Below, in pieces: positions 1-13,539 of a stretch of 64,000 nt of DNA. The translations under genes were made by a program, and so were the position numbers. This DNA comes from Eledone cirrhosa. Its lineage: Eukaryota. The notes under the pieces are model-generated. The model saw nothing but the letters and a program-made list of their open reading frames with translations, searched no databases and had not been told where the DNA came from. Location of the stretch: NCBI GenBank assembly GCA_964016885.1, contig OZ024743.1, positions 305,970,001-306,034,000 of the forward strand, read 5' to 3'. Numbering within the stretch: the first letter of the stretch is position 1; each line of letters starts with the position of its first letter.

Positions 1-335
1 AAAGTTTATATGTTTACGAAGGACTTCTAATGATAATATTATAATGTATTAAAAAAATAATTTTTATGGCCAATGATATGAGGAAAGATGGAAGAATGGA
101 TAATGTTGTGGTGAGTAATAATATTAATTGAGATGTAGTTGGGAAGAAAAAGTACAGATTAGAGATTAGAAATTAAAAAGAAGAAAGGAAAATAATAAAG
201 AAGAATGACATAGAATGAGTGAATTGTATTATATAACATATAATACTGAAATAAGGTAGAAAGATGGGTATATTTGTAAAAGATATATAAGCCTTTGAGA
301 AAAAAAGGATTTTAAACTAGTAAGGTATTGAGATA

Positions 336-2682
336 TTAGCTGTATACTTTATGGAATGTTGTATGGAATTTATGCAAGCAGAGCGAAAATAAATCTGCGC
401 GTCTATTTATTATAGAATTGAAATTAGATATAATGGTAAATTTCTCGGCTAGGCAGAGATTACATGTTCTTTATAGGGAAGAATTCAGGTAAGGAAAGGC
501 GAAACAAACCTTCCTCCAAGAGATGTTATAGTTAATATTTTTGTCTTTCAAGGACCATATGAGTTCCGAGAGTGCCGTGTTAGTTCTTTTAAGTTGGTAT
601 CTAAAAGACGATTTGTGATTATAAAATCTAGCTTTGAAGGAAGTGGAACCTAAATAGGTAAAAGAATTAGTATCAGTTATAACCTTACATTCATAGACTG
701 AATTTTTATCAAGACAATTGTTATTAAGAGGACATTTAGTTTTAATATGGCAATTACAATTACGATTAGAGAAATTAACAGAGTTTATTTACAAGTGACC
801 CAGTATTATTTATAGAAGGAATTGGATTGGAGAAGTTATTTACGATAGGAACAATAGTTTCCTGATTTAGATTGGTATTATGAACATTCAACGAAGTTAC
901 GTTTGACGTCGTATTTAAATTTACAGAATCTAGCCTAGAGTTAACAATGACGTCGGGTATACTACTGCTATTATTATGACGCTCAGTGTTGGAAGGATGT
1001 CATTTATTATTTAATATGTTATTATTGTGTTTAGAGATAATGTTAGAGATGTTGGAAGTGGTGGAATAAGAACATTTTATTGTATGTTTGTTAAAGATTT
1101 TACTATAGATATGTGAGGGAGGGAAGCATTTATCTAAGGCCCTAAAGAATAGTTTAGGAATATTATTATTAATAAATATAGAAAAAGGAGCATTATACCA
1201 AATTATATTTTTGTATCTAGGTCTTTTTTTAAAGTTATTGGAATGTTCATAATTAATTATTTTGCTATAAGACCTTCGAGGATTGGTTTCCTTACTGTAT
1301 TTAATTTTATCAGGATAACCGGCTTTAGAAAGCGCATTATTATAGTAATTTCAATATTACTGACTATAGCATTTTTAATGTTAGTGGGGTGGTTAGATTT
1401 AAAATTAACATAATTTAGATTCTCATTGTTTTTATGGTAAGGATAGGCCAGTGTCAAGATTAAGGGATATATCCAAGAAGTTAGCTAGTTTGACGTTGCT
1501 ATCAAATTCAATTTTAAGGTTATGGTGCTTAAAGAGATCACATATATTGTTCTTAATAATATTAAGGTTAACTAAGTTGCAGTTTAAGATAGTAAAAAGG
1601 CCATCGTCACGATAAATTCCACCGCGAAGTTGAGGAATTTTCCGATTTAAAGAATTCAAAATATAAATACCAATCAAATCAGTCAATTGCGATGAATCGG
1701 AAGCACTCATTATGATATCAAATTTGTTGGAAGTATCGGCTCTCGTCCAATATTCATTGTTGAATTCTAAGATAGTTTTTCTTGCGGTGAGAATGATGTA
1801 AAATTCATCTGTGGTAATGTCAGAATATTTAAATGCGAAAGATAGAGCGTTGTTGAGAAGTGAAGGCGAAATAGAAGAATAGTAGCTGGCAATATCAAAT
1901 TTAATAAATTTTTGTTTGTTTTTCTTATTCAGGTTGTTGAACCAGCCAATTACTTCAGATGTACCAATCCATAAATTTAAGTTAGAAATAGAGCAATTAG
2001 AACGAATCTGTGGGATAATTGTATCCAAGATGGCTTTACTAACAACCCCCAGATCTGATTTAGAGGGGGCGATTAGTCTAACAGGCAGTTCCGTTCGAAA
2101 ATTACTTTTATGATCCTTGAGATTTATCCTCGAAGTTCTTGAGAGGAATGGTTCGATCTTTTTCTCAATGCCAAGTTTAGACATAATCTCAGAAGCTTCC
2201 AAGTTTATAGATTCCAAATTGTCAAGGTTAGTTTTACGATAACTTCTTCCTTAGTTCCTTAAGGATAAGGTTATTATACTTATCCTTAGATACGCCATAT
2301 AAATTATTAGTTTTGTCGGAGTGGACTAAGACATGTTTAGAAGAATTAAGGTTTAAAATCGTATTCTTGAGATTTACAAGGTGCTCCTGTCCTCTATAAG
2401 GGTTTCTCTTGAATTTAAGACTTCTTATAATATTAGTTAATTCTTCCTCGAACTGCACTAGATTTTTGTTGGAAGGATGATTTCTTCTAGAGTTAAATAA
2501 ATGATCAAGAAAGTTATGTTCCTTAGTATAGAAATTTCTTTTTGGCGCTGGTCGTAGAAAAAAGCGATCCATCTAAGCCTTCTCACAAAAGAGTCAATTT
2601 TTTCAATCAGAAGTTTAGTGAATTCAGATTTACCAGATATAGGAATTTCTTTAGTTGAAGTTGTTATGTTGTAATAATCCAT
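336..2682 (-). pseudogene. PLE RT + GIY-YIG ORF, frameshifted
   Basis: ORF pieces MDYYNITTSTKEIP..RRLRW, RLIAPSKSDLG, FIKFDIASYYSSI, GGIYRDDG, SNHP, then CNC..CPL..C and a YLGS GIY-YIG motif near 650-760. Confidence 0.9.
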
Positions 2683-3772
2683 GTTGTAGAAGAAAAAATA
2701 CCTTATTTCAGTATTATATATTATATAATACAATTCTATGTCATTCTTCTTTATCATTTTCCTTTCTTCCTTTTTTCTTTTTAATTTCTAATCTATAATC
2801 TGTACTTTTTCTTCCCAACTACTTCTCAATTCATATTATTACTCACCACAACATTATCCATTCTTCCATCTTTCCTCATATCATTGGCCATAAAAATTAT
2901 TTGTTTAATACATTATAATATTACCATTAGCAGTCCTTCGTAAACATATAAACTTTTTGACGTTAGATTTTTTTCTTCCTTAAATTGTTTATCTCTTCTA
3001 TCCTTTCATGCTCGTTTTAAACCTACTACTTAATTTTACTTTTACATATTACAATACATAAAAACAAACTTAAACCCTAACTAATTTCTTTTAATATATT
3101 ATAATATTACCATTAGAAAATATTTCGTAAACATATATACTTTTTGATGTTAGATATTTTCTTCCTTAAACATTCTTTTTTTTCTCTCCTTCCGCGCTCA
3201 TTTTAAACATACTATTTACGTTTACATATTACAATACAAAAAAAAAAAACTTAAACCCTAACTAATTCCTCTAAATTCACAACTCATTTATTCTTCTCCT
3301 TCTTTTCACATTATATCCTTAATATCATTAATATTTTTATTTTAATAATACATATTAATAAATTCTTTTCTTCGCACATATTATTAAACCCTTCAATATA
3401 CAAACCTTAATTTAATACTATTCTTAATTCCTTTTTCTTCATGCATAAACCTCATTAACTTTTAATTTCAAAATCTTTTAAATTCTCTATTATCTTCCAA
3501 CGGCTTTTTAATTTCTCTCTGTGAGACAATATTTTTTCTCAGTTGTAAAGGCTATCTCTCTCTCTCTATCACCCATCTCTCCTTCTCTCTCATCATTCCA
3601 TCTTATACTCCTCCCCCACCATCCTTTACTCTTATTTCTTCCTCTTCCTTACCTTTTCCAACCACCCCTCACTTTTTCCCAATCTCATACATCCATCTTA
3701 ATTTATTTTTCATATGTTGATTTAAAACTTCACTGCTTACAAGTGTTTTTTAAGCTTCATATCATGTCTCCC

Positions 3773-3843
3773 TATTTTATCTGATGAGAACGCAGATATC
3801 ATCCCATGATGATATTTGTTTTTGAAATGCGTATAATAAAATA
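3773..3843 (+). ncRNA. Type I hammerhead ribozyme in pLTR
   Basis: tattttat CTGATGA [agatatcatc/gatgatattt stem II] GAAA tgcgta TA ataaaata; stem I is complementary. Confidence 0.85.
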
Positions 3844-5325
3844 CTTGGAACTCTTTTAACCATCTTTTGATCTTATATTATATATATATATAATGTATAT
3901 ATACAATTGATATTAAATAAATGGAAACTATATTTATAAAACCATATTTATTCTATTATATATATTTCAAGGGTACCAAAAAGTTTGGTACGCTATCATT
4001 AGATACAATACAAAATGTTTTATAAATATTTGACATGACCAAGGATGATATACCTTAACGGTTCAAGTTATCCATGGAAAGTGAAGGAAAAGAGGAGAAA
4101 AGTCAGATCTTTAAAATTATTAATATGATTATGCAAATGATGTGTATATTAAAGGGCTGAAAAAACGTTATTTTAGACGCTATGGAAAATTTAAATATTT
4201 ATGATAAGGAAAGAAGAGAAAGAGAAAAGAATAACGTTAATTTGGGAGAAAAGATTTCTGTTACTTATATTATGAGTTATAAAATTATAGGAAGAATTAT
4301 GGTTGTAACTATTTTTATGTATATAAATATCTCTGTATATATTAATAAGTTGCGTATGCATTGATTCTTTATATAAACAAATATGAGTTACGAATGATGT
4401 TGAAAATTTTATTTTCAAGTTGTGAGGTTGGAATAATTTGTGGATTCAAAAATTTTCAACATTAAGAATATTTTCAGAATATTGTTAATTTAATGAAGCT
4501 ATATAAATTATCAAACTAAAATTGTTAAAGAAGAAAGAAAAAGGAAAAGGAAGACCACTTGAACGTTAATTTAGGGAAAATATATTCAGACATTTATGTA
4601 TATTTATATGGAGAATTATTTATCTTATTATAATAATATATAAATATCTATATATGTATTTTAATAATAGCATATTTGTTTTTTTTTAAAGGATAGTTTG
4701 TTTATACTATTAGTTACGAGGGATGTTGATTTATAAATAAGTAAAATAAATAGGTGTTTGTTCCTAATATAGGTTACTAGGGATGTTGATTTTATTTAAA
4801 TAAATAGGTAGTTACAATTTATAAGGTTAAATTAAATTAACGGAGTTATGTATAAAACGTTTTTTTATGATTGAAAGAAGGAAAGATAACTCCAATTTTT
4901 TTTTATTATTAATCGCTAGTGTGGGATTAATTATTTATTCTAAAGAAATATGAATAATTAAACACCATCCTGAATAGGATATATTTTACTAAAAACAGTT
5001 AATGGTTATTAATCTATATTTAAAAATTAGCTTTAGAGAGTGTCATTAGAAAAATAAAACATTAAGAAAAAAGAATTAAAGAATTTAGAAGAATTAAAAG
5101 AATTAAAATTAAAATTAAAATTTAAAATTATATAGAAGTACATAATGTAGAAGTACACAAATATATATAAATAAATATCTATACATACACACATATATAT
5201 ATATATTATGAGAAATTTTAAAGATATTATGATTTAGAGATATTAATATATTAAAGTATTAAAAATATAAAATGTTATAGCAGATAAGATCATTTTGGAG
5301 ATTAATAGGAATATTATATGTATAT

Positions 5326-7502
5326 TATAAGTTACATATAGATCTGAATGTAGAATGTTGGCGATGTTTGCAACAACTAAATAATTCTGTTCTAAGATTA
5401 ATAGAGTTTTTACAATTAATTATATAAAAGATTTCTTCAATACATAATTTACAGAATCTTGATAAGGCCGTGTTTCAGTAAGCAGGTGCTTCCGAAATCG
5501 TTTTTTCCAAGATAATAAATAGTCTATATTCCTGCTTTTTAAATTCCATATATGATGTGAGAGGGTAGTAGAATATTTTTTGTTAGATCTTCTAAAGGAA
5601 CAATTGTGGTTATTCCAGCGAAATTTAAATTCTGTAGAAGTGGCACCGACATAGTTGAATATATTATCACTAGTTTTAACTGTACATTTATTAACCACGT
5701 TTTTATCTAAACACTTATTTTGTAAAGGGCAGCTTGTTTTAATTCTACAGTTACATTTTACGGAGTTGTTGTTGATCAGAACGGTACTATTATACTGGAT
5801 ATTGCTAGAAATATTATTATTACTATTATGGTTATTTTGGTTAGGGTTTAAATTTAAGTTTCTATTATTAATCCTATTTATATTTTGTGCTATGTTCATA
5901 GTAGTAGAGTAGAATAATTTTATAGTATGTCTGTTAAAGATTGAGTGGTATCTATGGGTTTTAAGAAAACATTTGTCTAGTGCTTTAAAGAATAGCTTTG
6001 CTAAAGGTGTTTTAACGTTTAATGAGAATGGGGGTGAGTACCAAATAATATTTCTAGTTCTAGTTCTTTTGTTTGTTTTAGAGTTTAAGTTAAATTGTTC
6101 ATTCTTATTATAATTAATAGTAGGGTGATTTGCCTTATTATTGTTGTCAATGTATTTAATTTTATTCGTATAGCCTGCTCTATTTAAAGCTTCATTAAAA
6201 TATTCAGCCTTTTTCTCAAAAATATTTTTATTAGCAGAGATGCGTGAAATTCGTTGCTGGACACTATTGACGATAGTGTTCTTAATAGATCTAGGATGAT
6301 TAGAGTTAAAAGTTACAATATTTAGATTCTCATTGATTTTCTGGAATGGTTAGTAGAGCCCTCTGCTAAAGTTTAATGTTATCTCTAAAAAGTTAACGAT
6401 TTTATAGTTATTCTCTATTTCTAACTTAAGGTTATAATTATTGAAGAATTATATTATGGATTTTCTTTTTCTATTAATTTCACAATTACTATGGTTTTGA
6501 TATAAAGCACCGGTCATCTCTGGCATTATTCTATGCGGTGTATTATTAATAAATAAGCCCACAAGATACGCTATTTGCGCCTAGTCGGATGATCCCATGG
6601 TGATATCAAAATTATTTTTCCTATCGGCTCTTTGTCCAGAGATGATTGTTGATTTCAATTAAAGTTTTTCGTGCAGTTAAAATGATATGCATTTCTTCAC
6701 TAGATAAATATGTATGTTTAGATGCACAGATAAGAGCTTTATTAAGAAAACTAGGAGTAATAGAGGAGTAGTAATTTGCAATATCCATTTGAATGAATTT
6801 TTTCTTATGTTTAAATTGTGTGTTATTGAACCAATCTATAACCTCGTTAATAACGATCCATAGTTTTAGGTGTGATTTTTCTTTAAGTTGTGGTATGATT
6901 CTATCTAATATATGTTCACTAATTATCCCTAAGTCTGATTTAGATGGTGCTATAAGTCTGACTGGTAGTTCTATTTCAAAGTTTCTTTTGTGGCCTTTCA
7001 GGTGGTCTTCTAGGTATAAAGGGTTCAGTCCTATTTTGGATGCCTAATTTAAGAATTATTTCGGAAGCTTCTCTATTTAACGTTGCAAGATCTTCATTAG
7101 TTGTTATTCTGTATTTTTTCTGAGTTCCTTCAACATAAGATTATTGTATTCGTCCCTTTGCATTCCGTATAGATTGTTAGTTTTATCAGATTTAATTAGG
7201 ATCTTCTCAGTTTTTTCAAGATTGTCTATATTATTCTTGAGGCCTTTAAGGTATTCCTGGCCTACAAATTATTTTTTCTTGAATTTGATGTTTTGTATAA
7301 TCGATATTACATCCTTTTCAAATTCCATTAATAGTTTGTTGCTATGTGGATTCTTCTTAGATTTGAAGATCATATCGAAGTTGTAACTGGATTTATTTAT
7401 TTTTTCGGATTTTCTATCAAAATGGAAGGCACGCCATCTAAGTCTTCGTATAAAGGAATCAGATTTTTCAATGAGTTGTTTTAGATACTCATTATTCTTA
7501 GG
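5326..7502 (-). pseudogene. PLE RT + GIY-YIG, decayed
   Basis: KSDSFIRRLRWRAF, LIAPSKSDLG, MGSSD, CNCRIKTSCPLQNKC, YVGATSTEFKFRW; multiple stops and frameshifts. Confidence 0.9.
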
Positions 7503-7526
7503 TAAATATTTATAAAACATTTTGTA

Positions 7527-7583
7527 TTTTATCTCATGATAGCGTACCAAAATTTTTGTATCCTTGAAATATATATAATAGAA
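7527..7583 (+). ncRNA. Degenerate HHR (core CTCATGA); inverted twin at 3951-4008 (-) has CTAATGA
   Basis: ttttat CTCATGA ..gtaccaaa.. GAAA tatata TA atagaa. Same layout as the 3773 HHR, but G5 is lost. Confidence 0.6.
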
Positions 7584-7718
7584 TAAATATGGTTTTATAA
7601 ATATAGTTTCCATTTATTTAATATCAGTTCAATACTTACTCCAGAAAACTGTCGAGTGCTTTGAATCAGTTGTAGATATCTATATTTGTTGGATTTCCAA
7701 CAAATTAAATATCTCTTA

Positions 7719-7805
<87 letters not shown>

Positions 7806-7850
7806 GTATATATATATATATATATATAATGTATATATATATATATAATG

Positions 7851-7881
<31 letters not shown>

Positions 7882-7944
7882 ATGTATATATCTATATATG
7901 ATATGATATACATATATATATATATATAATGTATATATCTATAT

Positions 7945-7993
<49 letters not shown>

Positions 7994-8090
7994 TATAAAT
8001 AATTTCTTTAATTTCTTTAGTCAAAATACGGCGATAGCTTACATTTCTAATAATTTCAAACCCACTCGCTGTTTCCAAAATATTCTTACT

Positions 8091-8125
<35 letters not shown>

Positions 8126-8138
8126 GTATATATATATA

Positions 8139-8217
<79 letters not shown>

Positions 8218-9317
8218 GTAATAATAATAAAATTGAAGACTAAAATCCAAAGAGGGCTCGATAAGGAAAATATATATCAAATATATAAGAACCGTAGAGC
8301 AAATATTTATTAAAATAACAGATTAAAGTTTAAGCAAAGAATCGCTGCTTTCACCCTTAACGGGATCTTCTGAAAATAACAAAGTCAATCTGTAAACGCA
8401 GAACTGGATATTTCAAAAAACGTTGCAACCGGAGGAAGACAGGAAGACGATACTTTGGTTCGTGGTAACGTTCGCTGGCAAAGAACGGGAAAAAACGAAT
8501 AATACGTCATTAATAGGAGCGGTGAAAAACAATTACGCGCAAAGACAAAACCACGTTTATGGTATAAAAGAGGTCGTAGACTAATGTTCTCTTAGGTGGT
8601 GCATAGAGACGTTCTCTGGCAATGAACGAAAAAACGAAGATAATAAGTCATATGTGGAGCGTGGAGAACAATAGCACGCAAAAACAAAACCACGTAAATG
8701 GTATAGCAGAAATCGTAGACTAAAATTCTAACTAGGAGACCAAATGAATCTCCGCTACAGAGTTAAGAACAAAGTAAATAAATACAATACAGAAGTAATA
8801 GAAACAAATAAATACATACATGCAAACAGATACGTACATACACAAGCATACGCAAAACCTTACCATGGGTATACAAAACTACGCACATATAAATATGTGT
8901 GTGTCTGTATGCTTGTGTACAAATAAATAAATAATTATATAAACGTATATAAGTAAATAAATACGTATATAACAAGCGCACACGCATACCTACATATAAA
9001 TACACGAATGTTCGGAGACGTAAGTCAACTAAAACAAGAAGTACACATATACACACACCCACCATACGTACGAACTTGCACACTCACGCGGACGCAAAAC
9101 TCCCGTATACACATAGCCAAACCCTAAATACCAGAATATGTAAAAATTATACGCTATAACAGTCATATATACGTACGAGAAGGTATACATACCTTCACAA
9201 AACATACGGGTAATATATACTTACCTATGCAAATAAGTAAAGGAATAAACAAAACATATACTTAGCTCCCACATCAAGACGTAAAATATCCACGTATAGA
9301 TCGTGCTATCCGTTAGA

Positions 9318-11436
9318 CTATAACGTGGGGCTGTAATACAGGAAAGTTTTGTGCAATTTATGTTTACAAGCCGAAATTGCCTCAGATTTTTTGTTTAAGA
9401 TGTGGTCTGTAGCGTAGAGTATTTCCAGGGGCTCAGCCGCGCAGAGGTCACATGGTCTTTTATTTCCGTTATACGATCTAGCCCTAGCTAGGATCTCCCA
9501 GTGTAACTTATATTGGGTGTGGTTGTCTTTTAGACTTTCAGATATAAGCTGAAAGTGACGTCATATTCCTTCTTAGAGGGTAACGAAAAGAATGGGTATG
9601 CATGTAAATACGCTGCTTGAAACTATTGGCGGTTAACCCTATGTAGGCCCTATGGGACGTGGGTGTTACAACCTTACATTTGTAGACAATGTTACTAGAG
9701 AGGCATTTCCCGGATAGGGGGCACTCAGCCCGATTCCTACAATTACAGTTAGTACCAACTACAGGGTTGCACGTGTTGCTACGGCTAGGTAGTTTAGCTA
9801 AATTTGAAGCTGTGATGTTATGTGCAAGGTTAGGAGTCGTAGAGTAAGAAATTTTAATAGTATTTCTATTAAAAATTTTACTATATTTATGTGTAGGGGG
9901 AAAATGCTTCGTAATAAGGGAAAGAAAGCTCTTAGCTAATGGTCTGGCCACCTCCATATTATATGGTGGGTTAAACCAACAAATGCGACGGGATCTATTT
10001 CTTCTAGGTTTATTTTCGTACTCTGTATATGCTACCTTATCGACAAATCCACTTCGAGCAAGAGCTTCATTGTAATAAGTGGAATGGTCGTTGAAAATGC
10101 GCTCGTTGGTGGAAAGACGGGAAAGCCTCAACGAAACGTTTCTTACCAGGTTCTTGGTTATGCTGGCAGGATGGTTGGAATGCTTACTTATGTAATTAAG
10201 CGTATCATTCGGCTTTCTATACGGGTAATACAACCCATTCAATAAATTGAGGGTAACGTCGAGGTAATTAACGACCGAGAGATTGGCCTCAGCCTGTATA
10301 GAGAGGTTGAAGCCTTTAAAGAAGGCTGTGAGTTCTTTTCTGAACCTGTCGCAAGCACGAGGTCCGCACTTAGTCATGGTCAAAAGACCATCGTCACGGT
10401 ACAAACCACCGCCCGCGTTGGGGAATTCGTCCTTGATAGAGAAAAGAAGGAAAAGGCCAATAAGATCAGTAACCTCCGCAGAGTCACTGGCGCCCATACT
10501 CACGTCGAATGGGGTACTATTGGATTTTTTAATCCAAATAGAGTCGTCGAAATTAATCACCGTCTTTCGGGCATTAAGGATGACATCAACTTCAAAATCC
10601 TTAACCACTGTGAGTGTTTTAGCGAAATTGATAGCTCTAAGCAGAAGTGGTAAAGTGATGGATGAGTAGTAATTGTTGATGTCGAATTGGATAAAACGGC
10701 AATGTTCCTTGTTACATATGCCGTTGGACCAATCAATCACCGCGAAAGAATTGTTTCACAGTGCGAGAGGGGCCAAACTTCTAATTTCAGGTATAATTCT
10801 ATCAAGAATCGTTTTACTAAGTCTACCTAAATCGGACTTCGTAGGGTTAATGAGCCGAATAGAGGGGTTGTTCGGAAAATTGGATTTGTGATCCTTCAGG
10901 GTATAGTGGGGAGAGATAGGGTCCAGAGGTTCGGTCCGGTCCAGGATGTTGAGATCAGATGTGATTTTAAACCCAGCATCGTTGATTTCATTGATGACGC
11001 ACCGATTAGTTTTACGGTAATCCTTAGTTACAGCATTATGTAGTAGTTGATGGTAAGTACTGCGCTCCACTTGATATAGGTTGCCAGTTTTGTCGGAATG
11101 GACGTGCACGGCGTTAGAATCCTTAATAGAACGAATTCTATTCTTCAGGTCTTGCTGGAAGGAATTGCTCCTATTCCGAAATTTGATATTCCGAATGAGT
11201 TCCAAGACATCATTTTCGAAGGGTAGCAATGCTGGTTTACACGGGGGGTTATTATAGGTTTTAAATCCAAATTTATCCTGTTTGTTGTCTGCTTTTCGCG
11301 GATTATCGAAATAAAAGGCACGCCAATGCAACCTTTTAATGAACGCGTCTGTTTTCTGTATCAGGAGTTTTAGGTATGTTTTCCTGCTTGGTACGGGTAT
11401 GTTCTTTGTAGAAATATTCAGATGTTGTTTCTGCAT
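9318..11436 (-). pseudogene. PLE RT + GIY-YIG ORF with two in-frame TGG>TGA stops
   Basis: ORFs 10756-11436 and 9538-10740 share a frame. Motifs: FIQFDINNYYSSI, MGASDSAEVTDLIG, GLYRDDG, CNCRNRAECPLSGKC, YIGLT. The paralog at 15.8-17.6 kb has TGG at both stop positions. Confidence 0.92.
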
Positions 11437-11493
11437 GATGAATATAAGTCAGTAGAGTGCCCAACCGAAGGGGCCAAATAGATTGACTTTGTT

Positions 11494-11544
11494 AGTTTCA
11501 GAAGATCCCGTTAAGGGTGAAAGCAGCGATTCTTTGCTTAAACT
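11494..11544 (+). ncRNA. HHR-like motif with CAGAAGA core; further copies 8327-8377(-), 18672-18722(+), 39472-39522(-), 41067-41117(+), 46852-46902(+)
   Basis: agttt CAGAAGA tccc-gttaa-gggt GAAA gcag..ttgc TT aaact. Stems I-III form. Position 4 is A in all six copies. Confidence 0.7.
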
Positions 11545-11590
11545 TTAATCTGTTATTTTAATAAATATATATATAATGTATATATATATA

Positions 11591-11643
<53 letters not shown>

Positions 11644-11729
11644 GTATATATATATATAATGTATATATATATAATGTATATATATATATAATGTATATAT
11701 ATATAATGTATATATATATATATATATAT

Positions 11730-12181
11730 ACTAAACCTGAAAAATGCGCAAGCTCAAAAGAGCCACAGAATGCTGTAATAAACTTTCAAAAGTGTGGGAC
11801 TAGAGTTGTTGCTAAAAAATATTGTAATCATTATCTATCGTACACCCTGTGGCATCCTTTTTTAAAAAAAGAGACTCATAACGAACTCAAGACCACACGA
11901 TAATTATTTAAGCTAATGTTCAATATCTCATATTAGATGTTTAGTAATGATTAATACGAAATGCACTTAAATTAAACCGAATTCTATATTATAAATTCAC
12001 TTAAATAATTATCTTGTCGTCTTGAGTTCGTTATGAGTCTTTTTTTTATAAAAGGATGCCACAGGGTGTACGATAGATAATGATTACAATATTTTTTAGC
12101 AACAACTCTAGTCCCACACCTTTGAAGGTTTATTATAGCATTCTGTGGCTTTTTTGAGCTTGCGCATTTTTCAGATCTAGT
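11730..12181. repeat. Fold-back / MITE-like inverted repeat, arms about 165 bp
   Basis: 11730-11894 is the reverse complement of 12019-12181 (ctgaaaaatgcgcaagctc...gaactcaagac / gtcttgagttc...gagcttgcgcatttttcag). Confidence 0.85.
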
Positions 12182-12927
12182 TTAATATTTTTCTAAGGCA
12201 ACGCTTGTAATAACTTTAGTTAAACATGATATATATTAATAATAAATTATCGTTGTAATGTAATTAGATTATATAATTGTTATTTTATAAATGATCTTAT
12301 AAATATTATTGTAAGATGTAAAAAAATATTTTCAGACTTTTAATATAAACAACTACAAAAAACAAAAAAATATTAAATAAATATATTTTACATAATAATT
12401 GTTACAGTTGAATTAATAAAAATTAAATAATTATAAACAAATAGTCTAACATAATAATAAAAAAAATAATCTAATATAATAATAATAAAATAATCTTACA
12501 TAAAACGAACAATAATATCGACAAATATACAAGTAAATATGATACAACCAATATTATAAGTATGTTATAACGAGCTGAAAAAAAAATAGTTAATATAAAT
12601 TTAAAAAATCATATGTAAATTAACAATATAACTTACCTAAACGAGGAAAATATTTTAATGATAAACGACGAAATACAGAAGGAAGATTAGAAAGCGAAGC
12701 GATAAATAAACGTGCAAACAAAATGGCGGATCCTTTTGAGCAACAATTACTCTCATTGGTTGATTAGCCAATAAGTCGATGAAATTAGCCAATAAGACGA
12801 TACATTACAAAAGATGTTTGGCTGAGATCACCACGGCCAGCGAAACCCCTTGAATTTTTATTCACAAGCTACGCATATATGTCAGACACGCAGACTTAAA
12901 ACATTCTGTTGTTAGTCACTGCGTGTC

Positions 12928-13072
<145 letters not shown>

Positions 13073-13436
13073 GTATATATATATATAATGTATATATATA
13101 TATATAATGTATATATATATATAATGTATATATATATATATAATGTATATATATATATAATGTATATATATATATAATTTATATATATATATAATCTGTA
13201 TATATATATAATGTATATATATATATATATATAATTTATATATATATATAATGTGTATATATATATATACTGTTTATATATATGTATACATATATATATA
13301 TATTAGAAAGTGAGGTTTTCTTTTACAAAATGAAAAATAAGGTGTCCTACACGAGTGAAAGTATAAGGAAAAAAGATGAAATCGAAAATGCAACTGGGGT
13401 CTTATTTTTTTAAAAATATATATATTTATTTGGTTC

Positions 13437-13472
13437 CTTTACCGGTTTCGCAGTTCTTCTGCTTTTCAAAAG
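13437..13472 (-). ncRNA. Minimal HHR with U3:A8 covariant core
   Basis: Minus strand: ctt TTGAAAA gcag-aagaa-ctgc GAAA ccgg TA aag. Confidence 0.75.
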
Positions 13473-13539
13473 TAGAGTTGAGATGGTGGGTATGTGGTTT
13501 TTCTCACATCTGGTTGGTCTTTGAATGTTACTTGTGTTT

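Larger units (their letters stand above)
1..3870 (-). mobile_element. Penelope-like element 1 (Hydra-clade-like) with inverted pLTR copy at its 5' end
   Basis: Minus-strand RT/GIY-YIG frame. 2700-2957 is the reverse complement of 1-257, so the 3' UTR/pLTR is repeated in inverted orientation. It ends in an HHR and (TA)n at about 3875. Confidence 0.9.
3905..7716 (-). mobile_element. Penelope-like element 2 (Hydra-clade-like) with inverted terminal pLTR copy
   Basis: 3907-4030 is the reverse complement of 7503-7626. A decayed RT/EN lies between them and (TA)n flanks both sides. Confidence 0.85.
8303..11566 (-). mobile_element. Penelope-like element 3 (near full length) with short inverted pLTR end at 11480-11566
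   Basis: ORF plus about 1 kb of 3' UTR. The terminal about 90 bp is repeated inverted upstream of the ATG; (TA)n on both sides. Confidence 0.92.

Noticed and set aside
9538-10758. In-frame TGA codons in the PLE 3 ORF as possible selenocysteine recoding (known for some Naiad PLEs)
   Set aside because: Both TGAs replace Trp (TGG in the paralog at 16205 and 17422), not Cys. The element has a C-terminal EN, unlike Naiads, and a further frameshift near 9460. Ordinary nonsense decay.
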